DNA of 64,000 nt from Candidatus Limnocylindria bacterium. GTDB lineage: Bacteria; Chloroflexota; Limnocylindria; P2-11E. The stretch's first letter is position 1. Each line of letters begins with the position of its first letter. The translations under genes and the position numbers were made by a program. The notes beneath the pieces are model-generated. The model was not told the origin of the DNA and made no database searches. It was given only the letters and a program-made list of their open reading frames with translations. Below, in pieces: positions 1 to 9,572 of the stretch. The stretch covers positions 19,235-83,234 of the forward strand of contig DASYTL010000026.1 of NCBI GenBank assembly GCA_036002305.1. The letters run 5' to 3'.

Positions 1-296
1 GTGCACTTGCGGTACGCGGCGATGATCCCGCCCGGCGCGTGGAGCAGGAAGAAGCGCCCCTCGCGGAAGAGGATCGGCCGATCATTCGTGGCCGCGAATC
101 GCTCGAGGATCTGTGCTTTCGCCCCGGCCACGACCGGCTTCCCCAGACCCTCGATGCGGTTCACGCGAATGAACGGGGCGACCATGGCGGCGACCTCGCC
201 CGCCGCCAAGCCGAGCGTGGCGATGAACCCGAGCCGGAGCAGTGTCCGCCGCTGCCAGCGCGAGGCGACGTCCGCGCGTGTTCCGACACGAAGCAT
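1..296 (-). CDS. Rieske (2Fe-2S) domain protein, N-terminal part; the gene runs off the left edge
   Basis: Not in the ORF track. Manual translation from ATG at 296-294 gives MLRVGTRADVASRWQRRTLLRLGFIATLGLAAG...GGIIAAYRKC(T). This has a twin-arginine-like leader and the start of a CTHxGC Rieske box at the window edge. GGAGG lies 8 nt upstream of the ATG. Confidence 0.7.
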   Translation of the reverse strand, partial: MLRVGTRADVASRWQRRTLLRLGFIATLGLAAGEVAAMVAPFIRVNRIEGLGKPVVAGAKAQILERFAATNDRPILFREGRFFLLHAPGGIIAAYRKC

Positions 297-563
297 CTTG
301 CGGACCTCCGCCAGAACTACTACGAAGGAGTAGCAGACATTTCTTGGGAGTCAAATCGACCGGGTGTGTCGGGTTCAGCGGGGCGTGATTTCTGCGCGGC
401 CGTCGAGCTCGTCCGCTTGGACCGACACGTGCTCGCGATGTCTACACGTCTCCGTTCCGCGCGGACGTGCGGTGCCTCGTGTGCACGATATCCCCCGAGC
501 GAGGGAGCAGCCCGCACGGCCGGCGGGTGTACAACCTTGAGAGATTCACGGAGGCGAACTGAG

Positions 564-1160
564 ATGACCTTCATCCCCGAGCCCGACGCCACCCCCCTTC
601 GCCTGCGGCTTGGGTACCGCGCGGAGAACCCGCCGGTCGAGGACGTCCTTCTGAGCATCGTCCCGGCGGTCGCACCTTCCGACCTCGACATCGCGCCGCA
701 CGAAGACGCCGAGACGGCGATCGTCGAGACGGTCAGGATCGAGGACGTCACGGGCGAGCCCGAGGCGCCGCGCGCGCCAGCGTGGACCGGGCAGCTCGAA
801 CGCGCAGCGGCGGAGACCGATCAGCGCGTGGACCGGTGGATCGCGGACCAGCAGCAGCGACTCGTCGCGGGGCTCGATCTGATGCTCGCGCAGCTCAAGG
901 AGCGGCGGAAGGAAGAGGCCGCCCGCCTCGAGGCGTGGAAAGATTCAGAGCGCGTGCGCGCCCAGCAAGAGCTCGCTCACGACGAGGAGCGCTTCCGGGC
1001 CAGGCTCATGGACGAGCTCAGAGCCTTCGAGGAGCAGCTCGCGCTGCGTCTCTGCGAGCAAGAGGAGCGCTTGGCACGCTGGTGGGACGAAGCGGAGAGG
1101 GTCGCCGAGCGGCGCTTCGCGGAGCTCGGACACTCGGCGGACGCAAAAGCGAACACGTAA
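564..1160 (+). CDS. hypothetical protein, C-terminal E/R/A-rich coiled coil
   Basis: Inner ATG of ORF 39..1160, preceded by GGAGG. MTFIPEPDATPLRL... then heptad-like ...QLKERRKEEAARLEAWKDSERVRAQQELAHDEERFRARLMDELRAFEEQL. No family recognised. Confidence 0.55.
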   Translation: MTFIPEPDATPLRLRLGYRAENPPVEDVLLSIVPAVAPSDLDIAPHEDAETAIVETVRIEDVTGEPEAPRAPAWTGQLERAAAETDQRVDRWIADQQQRLVAGLDLMLAQLKERRKEEAARLEAWKDSERVRAQQELAHDEERFRARLMDELRAFEEQLALRLCEQEERLARWWDEAERVAERRFAELGHSADAKANT

Positions 1161-1367
1161 CACGTTCGCGGGATCGCGCGAGCCGGCACTCATCACATGA
1201 TTCGATCCGGTATCCCTTTTACGAGACAGAGAGACTGACGAGCGCGCGTTCGTCCGTGGCCGCGACCGCGCGCGCTCGGATCGCGCACGCGAGACAGGGC
1301 TCGGTCGCTCACCAAGCGAACAGGATTACGCAACGCCTATTGCTTACTCGCGTTGCGCGATGGGAGG

Positions 1368-2444
1368 ATGCAGAGGTTGGTCTCCCGGCTGCTCTTTGCC
1401 ACTGTCATGGTGGTCGCCGCCGCTTGCGTCGGCGGTGATGGTCCGACCGCCGACCGAAATGATCCGGTCTCGGACGCGAACCTGTCCGCTGCGCTTTCGG
1501 AGACGCGCGATGCGCCACCCACACCCCGCGCCGCATCGGCCGCCCGAGCGTTGACCATCCGGTTTCCCTATGCGGCGCAGTCGGAGTGGCTTGCCACCCA
1601 GACGAACTACTGGGAGGGCCGGGCCGGTGGCTCCGTTCAATACATCGTCATCCACTACACCGACATCAGCTACCCGCGAACGCTCCGCGCATTCAACATT
1701 CGCGCGTCGGGCGTCAGCGCGCATTACGTGATCCGCGGCGATGGCCACATCGCCCAGATCGTCGGCGAAGCGGACACCGCGTGGCACGCGGGAAACGCGT
1801 GGTTCAACCGGAACTCCATCGGGATCGAGCTCGAGCTCGACCGCGTGACCAATCCCGCATTCAGGGAGGAGCAGTACTACGCCGCCGCCGCACTGGCCTG
1901 CGCGATCTCTGAGCGGCATGGCGTGCCGCTCGATCGCGCTCACGTCGTGGGTCACAACGAGGTTCCGGGAAGCGACCACACCGATCCGGGGCCGACCTGG
2001 AGCTGGCCGCACTTCATGTGGCTGACCAGCCTTTGCGCTCCGCCGACGGCCGCCAACGTCCATGCGAGCTTCGTCTCGGGGACGCGCTACCCGGAAGTCG
2101 CCGCGGGCCAGAAGGCCACGGTCTCGATCGTCCTTCAGAACACCGGGAGCACCGCGTGGCGCAAGGGCACCGCGCAGGAGGCGCGCCTCGGGATCCCCAA
2201 CAACGACCGCGCGCTCTCATTCCTGGCGGATGACTGGCCGGCACCCGAGCGCCCCGCCGTCCAGTCTGAAGAGATCGTCCCCCCGGGCGCGACCGCGACG
2301 TTCACCTTCGCGGTGAAGAGCGCGGTGCCGGGAATCTTCAGGCTGAGGCTGCAGGGCGTGGTCGACGGCGCGGCCTGGATGAACGACCTGGGGCTCTATA
2401 CGCTCATCACGGTCGGCGAGAGGCGCGACACAGCGCCGAACTAG
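1368..2444 (+). CDS. N-acetylmuramoyl-L-alanine amidase (Amidase_2/PGRP type) with a C-terminal NBR1-like Ig domain; lipoprotein-like leader
   Basis: YIVIHYTD...SAHYVIRGDGHIAQIV...AWHAGNAWFNRNSIGIELE amidase_2 core. C-terminal ATVSIVLQNTGSTAWRKG...PPGATATFTFAVKS...GIFRLRLQGVVDGAAWMNDLGLYTLITV. Leader LLFATVMVVAAAC. Start ambiguous (TTG 1353, ATG 1368, TTG 1377). Confidence 0.8.
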   Translation: MQRLVSRLLFATVMVVAAACVGGDGPTADRNDPVSDANLSAALSETRDAPPTPRAASAARALTIRFPYAAQSEWLATQTNYWEGRAGGSVQYIVIHYTDISYPRTLRAFNIRASGVSAHYVIRGDGHIAQIVGEADTAWHAGNAWFNRNSIGIELELDRVTNPAFREEQYYAAAALACAISERHGVPLDRAHVVGHNEVPGSDHTDPGPTWSWPHFMWLTSLCAPPTAANVHASFVSGTRYPEVAAGQKATVSIVLQNTGSTAWRKGTAQEARLGIPNNDRALSFLADDWPAPERPAVQSEEIVPPGATATFTFAVKSAVPGIFRLRLQGVVDGAAWMNDLGLYTLITVGERRDTAPN

Positions 2445-2455
2445 GAGCGGACCGA

Positions 2456-2656
2456 CTACGCGTGCACGCGCCGCCGCTCCATCAGCCCGTGCAGGTGCGC
2501 CGCCGCCGCGATGTCGGCGTACTTGTATTGCCCGGCCCTGCTCTCCGCGCTCAACACGCCGCACCGATGCACCTTCTCGAAGTCCCCGTACAGGAACTTG
2601 TACCGGCCCTTGTTGTCCTCATCCTCCTGGTCGTCGATCCCGAGATACCACATCAC
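2456..2656 (-). CDS. small hypothetical protein (66 aa)
   Basis: ORF 2456..2656 has near-saturated GC3 in frame. MMWYLGIDDQEDEDNKGRYKFLYGDFEKVHRCGVLSAESRAGQYKYADIAAAAHLHGL. No family recognised. Confidence 0.5.
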   Translation of the reverse strand: MMWYLGIDDQEDEDNKGRYKFLYGDFEKVHRCGVLSAESRAGQYKYADIAAAAHLHGLMERRRVHA

Positions 2657-2700
2657 GGTCGTGCCCTAGCCGCGGAACCTGACGGCCCCGGTCGCGAGAG

Positions 2701-2742
2701 GGCCCACGAGCCTGGCCTCTGCTCGTGCGGCCCTCTCTTCTT
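2701..2742 (+). other. strong stem-loop (11 bp with one bulge, 9-nt loop) with a pyrimidine-rich tail, inside a divergent intergenic region
   Basis: GGCCCACGAGC-ctggcctct-GCTCGTGcGGCC followed by CTCTCTTCTT. Lies between the start of the 2456..2656 gene (minus) and the YceI gene start at 2819. Confidence 0.4.
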
Positions 2743-2818
2743 AAGCAACTGTTAGAGAGCGTTTGGCCCGGTCTCATCCTTCGCCCGTAGAGTCCCTGGG
2801 AGAGCGGAGGAGGAGCCA

Positions 2819-3511
2819 GTGATCACGCCCGCGCACGCACGCTTCATGGCGCTTGCCGTCGCGATCCTCGCGGTCGCGTGCGGCGGTCCCGCGGCGGTCG
2901 TCAGACCGACGCCCACCGAGGGCGCGACTCCGACCGCGACGCCTTCGGCGAGCGCGGCCACTTCCGCTGCGGCGTGGACCGTCACGGACAAGTCGAAGGC
3001 CACCGTTCGCGTGCGCGAGCAGCTCGTCGGCGTGAGCCTTCCGTCGGACGCGGTGCTGACCGCGACCGGCGCCGCCGGCTCATTTCAGCTGAACGCTGAC
3101 GGCACCTTCGCTCCGGGATCGAAGATCACGGTCGATCTCAGGACGCTCGAGAGTGACAACAGCAACAGGGACGGCTTCATCAAGAACGACACGATCCGGG
3201 TCCGCCAGTTCCCGACCGCCGAGTTCGTTCCTACCAAGACCAGCGGCCTGACCGTGCCGCTCCAGTCCAGCGGGACGTTCACCTTCAAGCTCGCCGGCAA
3301 CATGACCATGCGCGGCATGACGAAGGAGGTCACGTTCGACGTGCAGGCCAGGCGGGACGGGTCCGATCTCAACGCGACCGTGACCGCGAACCCGAGCTGG
3401 AAGTTCGGCGACTTCGGCATGACGGCGCCCGCAGTGCCGTTCCGCGTGGTCAGCATCGTCGACGAGATCAGAGTGGCCATCGACCTGGTGGCGACCGGGC
3501 CGAGGGACTAG
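2819..3511 (+). CDS. YceI-like domain lipoprotein
   Basis: GTG start after GGAGGAGG. Leader ALAVAILAVAC. VRVREQLVGV...VDLRTLESDNSNRDGFIKNDTIRVRQFPTAEF...MTMRGMTKEVTFDV is typical of the YceI family. Confidence 0.8.
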   Translation: MITPAHARFMALAVAILAVACGGPAAVVRPTPTEGATPTATPSASAATSAAAWTVTDKSKATVRVREQLVGVSLPSDAVLTATGAAGSFQLNADGTFAPGSKITVDLRTLESDNSNRDGFIKNDTIRVRQFPTAEFVPTKTSGLTVPLQSSGTFTFKLAGNMTMRGMTKEVTFDVQARRDGSDLNATVTANPSWKFGDFGMTAPAVPFRVVSIVDEIRVAIDLVATGPRD

Positions 3512-3539
3512 GAGCGCGCGAGGGCTCACACTCCGCGCG

Positions 3540-3962
3540 ATGGGTGCCGCCGATCCCTGGGAAGCCGTACGCGCGATCAACGCCTGCTGGACGACGGGCC
3601 GGTTCGGCGACCTCGAGAGCCTGCTCGACAAGGACGTCGTGATGACGGGGCAGGGGATGGATGGGCCGATCCAGGGCCGCATCGCGGCGATCGACAGCTA
3701 CAGCGACTTCATGGCGAAGGCGCGGCTCGGCTCGTTCACCGAGCGCGATCAGCGCATCGATGTCTTCGGGGACACCGCGGTGGTGACGTACGCATTCGAC
3801 ATCACCTATCAGATGAACGAGCGCGAAACGAAGGAGAGCGGCCGCGAAGCGTTCGTCCTGGTGCGCCGCGAGGACCGCTGGGTCGCTGTCTGGCGGACGC
3901 TGGCTGTTACGTCGAGCTCGTCCGAGAACGAGGGCGCATCAGCGGAAGCGCCTGCGCCGTGA
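3540..3962 (+). CDS. NTF2-like / SnoaL-like (DUF4440-type) protein
   Basis: AVRAINACWTTGRFGDLESLLDKDVVM...FGDTAVVTYAFDITYQMNERETKESGREAFVLVRREDRWVAVWR. Confidence 0.7.
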   Translation: MGAADPWEAVRAINACWTTGRFGDLESLLDKDVVMTGQGMDGPIQGRIAAIDSYSDFMAKARLGSFTERDQRIDVFGDTAVVTYAFDITYQMNERETKESGREAFVLVRREDRWVAVWRTLAVTSSSSENEGASAEAPAP

Positions 3963-4245
3963 GCGCGAGCGCGACGATCCAGAAGGCGATGAACGCGGCG
4001 GGACCCGCCGTCAGCACCGTCGCGAGGTAGATCGCGCAGAGCGCGATCCCGCCCACGAGCGCGACCAGCGAGCGTCGCCACGCGAGCACCGCGACGAGCA
4101 GGAAGCCGACCGCGGCCGGTACGTCGTAGGGCTCGACAAAGCCTCGTTCGCGGTACGAGATGAACGCGTTCGCGGCGAACGCGACGGCCGGGACGAGGAG
4201 CGCGGCCTGCGCGAGGGCGAGCCGGATCGGCTCCATGCATCCCAT
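3907..4245 (-). CDS. small integral membrane protein (3 predicted TM helices)
   Basis: ORF 3907..4245 is hydrophobic (LALAQAALLVPAVAFAANAF... VGFLLVAVLAW... ALVGGIALCAIYLATVL... AFIAFWIVALAL). Its 3' end overlaps the convergent gene by 56 nt. Confidence 0.45.
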   Translation of the reverse strand: MGCMEPIRLALAQAALLVPAVAFAANAFISYRERGFVEPYDVPAAVGFLLVAVLAWRRSLVALVGGIALCAIYLATVLTAGPAAFIAFWIVALALTAQALPLMRPRSRTSST

Positions 4246-4295
4246 CGTAGGCGCGCGGTATCAACTTAGCGTACCGCGTCCCATCCATTCGCACG

Positions 4296-5660
4296 ATGCG
4301 AAGGGGACGTCGTACTGCCGCGAGATGCTCGTCGTTAGCAAATCGAGTGGGATCGCGCATCTTCGCGCCGCTCCTCGCGGCGGCGCTTCTCCTGAGCTGG
4401 CTGATCCTCGGTCCGGCCCCGCGCGCGGCGGGCGCGCCCGCGGCCGCGCCGTGCGCGGGTAGCGTCGGTCCGGGCATCCCACCGCCGGCGAATCTTCGCG
4501 GCGGGATCGCCGGGTTCCATGCGGAGTGGTACGGGCAGAGCGGGTACCCGACGCTGTGCCCGGGCGAGCGCTCGACCGCGACCGTCGCCTACTACAACAG
4601 CGGCTCTTTCGGCTGGGTCAGGGGTCGCATGGGCGAGGTCGCGTACTTCGGGACGTGGGGACCGGAGCCGGGACAGGACATGGCGACCCCGCTCGGCGGC
4701 GACGGCGGCGCCGGATCTCCCGCGACCGGATGGCCTCGGTACAACCGCATCGCCATCCAGCCGGCTGCCTACGTCGGCCCGGCGCAGGTCGCGTGGTTCC
4801 AGTTCACGATCCAGGCCCCGACCACGGCCGGAAACTACCGTCTCTACCTGCGCCCGCTCATCGAGGGCGCGGCGTGGCTCGAGGACTTCGGCGTGTTCTG
4901 GCTCGTCACCGTGCTCAACCCCGACGGGACGCGGCCCGCGCCGCCCGAGAGCGGCACCGGCTACAGCTTCGTGAGCGTGCCGACGGCTCGCGGGACTTTC
5001 GGTGTGCACCTGATCAAAGAGCGCCTCGCCGCGGTGACGGTTCGTACCCTCACCGCCAACGCGACGCAGTGCGCGAACGACTGCCCGGCGAAGCCCCTCG
5101 CCGACTACGTCAGCGAGAACGGCGCGTACGCGGGGATGAACGGGACGTACCTCTGCCCACCCGACTATCCGGCCTGCGCGGGCAAGGCGAACTCGTATGA
5201 CTACGCCGTCTACAACAGCAACCTGCGGCGGTGGATCAACCAGAACGCGCTCGTCGGGCAGAACGCCCTCGTGCATTTCAACGGCGCCACCGCCTCGTAC
5301 TGGCGGCGAAGCTACGTCTACGCGCAGAGCTCGGCCGCGCAGGCGCCGATCACCGCGGCGATCACGATGTTCCCGATGCTCGTCCAGAACGGCGCGGCGG
5401 TCGACTCGGAGTTCGAGCAGACCCCCGCACAGAAGCTCAAGGGGACGAAGGGCTCGATCGGCACCGACGGGACCTACGTCTACCTCGCGCTCGTGAACAA
5501 CGCGAACATCACGGACTCGGCATACGCGTTGGCCGCGCTCGGCGTGCGCGATGCCATCAATCTGGACGGCGGCGGCACGTCGGCGATGTGGATCGGCGGC
5601 TCGTACAAGGTCGGGCCGGGCAGGCTGCTGCCGAATGCTGTGGTGTTGACGAAACCCTAG
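4296..5660 (+). CDS. secreted phosphodiester glycosidase (NAGPA/DUF2233 domain) with an N-terminal NBR1-like Ig module
   Basis: C-terminal KGTKGSIGTDGTYVYLALVNNANITDSAYALAALGVRDAINLDGGGTSAMW is the DUF2233 signature. The N-terminal module GFHAEWYGQSGYPTLCPGE...AWFQFTIQAPTTAGNYRLYLRPLIEGAAWLEDFGVFWLVTV is shared with the gene at 61533. Alternative GTG start at 4347. Confidence 0.75.
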   Translation: MRRGRRTAARCSSLANRVGSRIFAPLLAAALLLSWLILGPAPRAAGAPAAAPCAGSVGPGIPPPANLRGGIAGFHAEWYGQSGYPTLCPGERSTATVAYYNSGSFGWVRGRMGEVAYFGTWGPEPGQDMATPLGGDGGAGSPATGWPRYNRIAIQPAAYVGPAQVAWFQFTIQAPTTAGNYRLYLRPLIEGAAWLEDFGVFWLVTVLNPDGTRPAPPESGTGYSFVSVPTARGTFGVHLIKERLAAVTVRTLTANATQCANDCPAKPLADYVSENGAYAGMNGTYLCPPDYPACAGKANSYDYAVYNSNLRRWINQNALVGQNALVHFNGATASYWRRSYVYAQSSAAQAPITAAITMFPMLVQNGAAVDSEFEQTPAQKLKGTKGSIGTDGTYVYLALVNNANITDSAYALAALGVRDAINLDGGGTSAMWIGGSYKVGPGRLLPNAVVLTKP

Positions 5661-5672
5661 GCGAGCGGGAGC

Positions 5673-6008
5673 TCAGTTCGCCGCCCGCAGCTCGAACGTC
5701 AGCTTGCGTATGCGCTCGCCGTCGATCGCGAAATGCCAGGTCGTATAGCTGGCGAAGACGCCCGGCGCGCGGGTCAGCGTCGTGATCTTCACGTCGTTCC
5801 CGGTCACGACTTCGTCGCGCATGCTCTGGACGAGCTCCGGCGGTGCCATCCGGATCATCTGCCGTACGCCGTCCTTTCCCTGAAAGGGGACCGGGACGCC
5901 CGGGAGCACGACCTCGACGTCGTCCGCGCAGAGCTCCGCGGCGGCATCCGCGTCTCGGGACTGCACCGCTTGCACGAACGAGCGCGCCAGCTCGAGAGTA
6001 GAGTCCAT
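5673..6008 (-). CDS. SnoaL-like / NTF2-family protein
   Basis: Inner ATG of ORF 5673..6080. MDSTLELARSFVQAVQSRDADAAAELCADDVEVVLPG...YTTWHFAIDGERIRKLTFEL. Confidence 0.65.
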   Translation of the reverse strand: MDSTLELARSFVQAVQSRDADAAAELCADDVEVVLPGVPVPFQGKDGVRQMIRMAPPELVQSMRDEVVTGNDVKITTLTRAPGVFASYTTWHFAIDGERIRKLTFELRAAN

Positions 6009-6048
6009 GTGGCTACCGAGAGCGTAGAGACAAAAGGGGGAGCTCGCC

Positions 6049-6570
6049 GTGGCATTTCCAGTGACGCATTTCGAGATCAACGCGCAGGACGCGCCAAAGA
6101 CGCAGAAGTTCTATCGCGATCTTTTCGGCTGGGGCATCGACACCAACAACCCGCAGAGCTACGGAATGATCGACACGAAGGCCAAGGGCAACGGGATCAA
6201 CGGCGGGATCGGCGCGACCCAGACCGGGCGGAGCTGGGTGACCTTCTACGTCGAGACGGACGACCTCGCGAAAACGCTCGCCAAGGCGGAGCAGCTCGGC
6301 GGCAGGACGGTGATGCAGCCGATGGACGCGGGCATGGTCATGTACGCGCTCTTCGAAGACCCCGAGGGGAACGTCATCGGTCTCGCCAAGAACACCGACC
6401 AGCCGCAGGCGCAGCCGGCAGCCTCGAGCGAGCGGCGCACGACGCGTGCTCGCGCGAACGGCAACAACGGAGCGCGCGCGAAGAGCACCGCGAAGCGCAC
6501 GACGGCGCGCGCCCGTACGACCACGAAGAAGAGCACCGGTCGGTCCCGGAGCAAGCGCTCTCGAAGTTGA
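6049..6570 (+). CDS. VOC/glyoxalase-family protein with a long K/R/T-rich basic C-terminal tail
   Basis: PVTHFEINAQDAPKTQKFYRDLFGWGI...VTFYVETDDLAKTLAKAEQLGG...ALFEDPEGNVIGL, then ...RRTTRARANGNNGARAKSTAKRTTARARTTTKKSTGRSRSKRSRS. GTG start after GGGGGAG. Confidence 0.75.
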   Translation: MAFPVTHFEINAQDAPKTQKFYRDLFGWGIDTNNPQSYGMIDTKAKGNGINGGIGATQTGRSWVTFYVETDDLAKTLAKAEQLGGRTVMQPMDAGMVMYALFEDPEGNVIGLAKNTDQPQAQPAASSERRTTRARANGNNGARAKSTAKRTTARARTTTKKSTGRSRSKRSRS

Positions 6571-6696
6571 CCGGCCAGTAGGCCGGAACTAGCCTAACGC
6601 CGCCTTCGAGCGGGGAGCATTTGTGGGGGCGACGATGACCAAGCGTCTCGTGCGCGCGCACGCGCCGCCGTAACGCGCGTTCACCGGCACGCCGCG

Positions 6697-7218
6697 ATGG
6701 GAGGTGTTCCCGTGGCCCATGTGATCACCGTAACGGTCAACGGAACGAAGCAGACCCGTGAGGTCGAGCCCGCGCAGCTTCTCGTCGAGTACCTCCGTGA
6801 CACCCTTCGTCTCACCGGTACGCATGTCGGCTGCGACACCAGCCAGTGCGGCGCGTGCACCGTGCTGGTGGACGGTCGCGCGACGAAATCCTGCACGATG
6901 CTCGCGGTCCAGGCCGACGGCGCCGTGGTCGTCACCGTCGAGGGGCTCGCCACCGATGGCGAGCTGCACCCCATTCAGCGCGCCTTCTCCAAAGAGCATG
7001 CGCTCCAGTGCGGCTTCTGCACGCCCGGACTGATGATCACGGCCATCGACTTCCTCGAGCGCAACCAGTCGCCGACGGACGCCGACATCCGGCACGCCAT
7101 CGAGGGCAACCTGTGCCGCTGCACGGGGTATCAGAACATCGTGAGCGCGATCCGCGCCGCGGCCACCGAGATGAAGACGGGGGCGGCCAGGCCTCGCGTC
7201 GCGGAGGTGACGCGATGA
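6697..7218 (+). CDS. coxS: (2Fe-2S)-binding small subunit of a CODH/xanthine-dehydrogenase-family molybdo-hydroxylase
   Basis: [21 protein letters not shown]...[10 protein letters not shown]...[13 protein letters not shown] likely alternative start is GTG 6712, 7 nt after GGGAGG. Confidence 0.9.
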   Translation: MGGVPVAHVITVTVNGTKQTREVEPAQLLVEYLRDTLRLTGTHVGCDTSQCGACTVLVDGRATKSCTMLAVQADGAVVVTVEGLATDGELHPIQRAFSKEHALQCGFCTPGLMITAIDFLERNQSPTDADIRHAIEGNLCRCTGYQNIVSAIRAAATEMKTGAARPRVAEVTR

Positions 7219-9572
7219 CCACTGCTACGACGCCCACGTACATCGGCGCGCGCGTTGCCCGCAAGGAGGATCCGCGCCTCATCACCGGTGACGGGACCTT
7301 CACGGACGACGTGACGCTCCCCGGAATGGTCTACGTGAGCCTTGTCCGCAGCCCGCACGCCCACGCGAACATCCGTCGCATCGACACCGCGGCCGCGAAG
7401 AAGGAGCCCGGGGTCGTCGCGGTCCTCACGGGCAAGGACCTCGAGGCGACGGGCATGCTCCCCGTGTTCATCACAGTGCCGAACATGAGCGGCTCGAAGC
7501 ACATGCCCATCGCCGCCGACAAGGCGCGTTACGCGGGCGACGCCGTGGCCGCCGTCGTGGCGGAGACGCGCGACGCGGCCAAACGCGCGGCCGATGCCAT
7601 CACCGTCGACTACGAGCCGCTTCCGGTCGTGGTCGACGCGACCGCGGCGCTCGAGCCGGGCGCGCCGATCATTCACGAAGAGCTCAAGTCGAACCTCGTG
7701 TTCACCTATCCGGTCAAGGGAGGGGACATCGAGAAGGCCTTCAAGGACGCCGAAGTGAAGACGAGCCTGCGGATCGTGAATCAGCGGCTAATCCCGAACG
7801 CGATGGAGCCGCGCGCGGTCGCGGCGAGGTTCGAGGCCGGCGAGCTCACGCTCTGGTCCACGACGCAGATCCCGCACTTCGTGCAGCTCATCGCGTCGCT
7901 CAACCTAGGGCTCTCGCAGAACAAGGTGCGCGTCATCGCGCCGGAGGTCGGCGGGGGCTTCGGCAGCAAGTTACAGGTCTACGCCGAGGAGCTCCTCGTC
8001 GGGTATCTCGCGAAGACGCTCGGCAGGCCGGTGAAGTGGACGGAGGAGCGGCGCGAGGGCTACCTGGCGACGATCCACGGGCGCGATCACGTCTCGGACC
8101 TCGAGCTCGCCGCGAAGCGCGACGGCACGCTGCTCGGCCTACGCGTTCGCACCGTCGCGAACGTCGGCGCGTACCTGCAGGCGTTCGCGCCCGGCATACC
8201 GACGATCCTCCACATGTTCGTCGTGCCCGGGCCGTACCGCCTGCCGGCATACGACTACGAGATGCGCGGCGCGTACACGAACACCACGCCCGTCGACGCC
8301 TACCGCGGCGCCGGACGCCCCGAGGCCGCGTACCTCATCGAGCGCGCCATGGACCGGCTCGCCGACGAGATCGGGATGGACCCGGCGGAGCTTCGGCGGA
8401 AGAACTTCATCCCGAAGGACGCGTTCCCGTTCAACACCATCAGCGGCATCAGCTACGACAGCGGCGACTACGCGCCGGCGCTCGACCGCGCGCTCGCGAT
8501 GGCCGACTACAAGGGGTTCGAGAAGCGCCGCGCCGAAGCCAAGGCTCGCGGCAACTACCGCGGCATCGGGATCTCGAGCTACATCGAGATCTGCGGGCTC
8601 GCGCCGTCGAAAGCCAACGCCGCGCTCGGCGTCGGGTGGGGCGGCTACGAAAGCGCGCGCATCCGCGTGCATCCGACCGGCGCGGTCCAGGTCTTCACCG
8701 GCACGTCCCCGCACGGTCAGGGGCACGAGACCTCGTGGGCGCAGATCGCGGCCGACGCCCTCGGCGTGACCCCGAACGACATCGAGGTCCGCCATGGCGA
8801 CACCTTCGAATCGCCGGGCATGGGCGTCGGGACCTTCGGCAGCCGCAGCCTCGCGGTGGGAGGGATCGCCGTCCACAAGGCCGCCGAGAAGGTTCGCGAG
8901 AAGGTCGTCCAGATCGGCGCGCACCTGCTCGAGGCGTCGCCCGCCGACGTCGTCGTCGAGGGCGGCAAGGTGTTCGTGAAGGGCGTTCCCGAGAAGGCGA
9001 AGAACTTCGGCGACATCTCGATGGCCGCGTACCTGGCGAACAACCTGCCGGAAGGCATGGAGCCCGGACTCGAGGCGACCGTCTACTACGACCCGCCGAA
9101 CTTCACGTTCCCGTTCGGCACGCACATCGCCGAGGTCGAGATCGACGGAGAGACCGGGGCGGTGCGGATCGTCCGCTACTCCGCCTGCGACGACTGCGGG
9201 CGGCAGATCAACCCGATGATCGTCGAGGGACAGCTCCACGGCGGCATCGCGCAGGGGATCGGACAGGCGCTCTACGAGACCGCCGTCTACGACGAGAACG
9301 GCCAGCTGCTCTCGGGCAGCATGATGGAGTACCACGTCCCCACGGCCGAGGACATCCCCGCGTTCCAGCTCGACCACACGGTGACGCTCAGCCCGAGCAA
9401 CCCGCTCGGCGTGAAGGGGATCGGCGAAGCGGGCACCATCGGATCGACGCCGGCGGTCGCCAACGCGGTCATCGACGCGCTCTCGCCGCTCGGCATCAGG
9501 CACCTGGACATGCCGCTCACGTCGGAGAAGATTTGGAAGGCGATGAAAGCGGCGGGGGAGGGACGGCGATGA
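7215..9572 (+). CDS. coxL: molybdopterin-binding large subunit, form-II CoxL-like (AYRGAGR active-site loop)
   Basis: ATGA overlap with cox[19 protein letters not shown]..., [24 protein letters not shown] (8298-8318), GIGEAGTIG. Confidence 0.9.
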   Translation: MTTATTPTYIGARVARKEDPRLITGDGTFTDDVTLPGMVYVSLVRSPHAHANIRRIDTAAAKKEPGVVAVLTGKDLEATGMLPVFITVPNMSGSKHMPIAADKARYAGDAVAAVVAETRDAAKRAADAITVDYEPLPVVVDATAALEPGAPIIHEELKSNLVFTYPVKGGDIEKAFKDAEVKTSLRIVNQRLIPNAMEPRAVAARFEAGELTLWSTTQIPHFVQLIASLNLGLSQNKVRVIAPEVGGGFGSKLQVYAEELLVGYLAKTLGRPVKWTEERREGYLATIHGRDHVSDLELAAKRDGTLLGLRVRTVANVGAYLQAFAPGIPTILHMFVVPGPYRLPAYDYEMRGAYTNTTPVDAYRGAGRPEAAYLIERAMDRLADEIGMDPAELRRKNFIPKDAFPFNTISGISYDSGDYAPALDRALAMADYKGFEKRRAEAKARGNYRGIGISSYIEICGLAPSKANAALGVGWGGYESARIRVHPTGAVQVFTGTSPHGQGHETSWAQIAADALGVTPNDIEVRHGDTFESPGMGVGTFGSRSLAVGGIAVHKAAEKVREKVVQIGAHLLEASPADVVVEGGKVFVKGVPEKAKNFGDISMAAYLANNLPEGMEPGLEATVYYDPPNFTFPFGTHIAEVEIDGETGAVRIVRYSACDDCGRQINPMIVEGQLHGGIAQGIGQALYETAVYDENGQLLSGSMMEYHVPTAEDIPAFQLDHTVTLSPSNPLGVKGIGEAGTIGSTPAVANAVIDALSPLGIRHLDMPLTSEKIWKAMKAAGEGRR

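Noticed and set aside
1-354. Track ORFs 1..333 (+) and 82..354 (-) at the left edge.
   Set aside because: Both translate to R/S/A-rich low-complexity sequence. The third frame on the minus strand gives a clean Tat-leader plus the beginning of a Rieske box, and has an SD.
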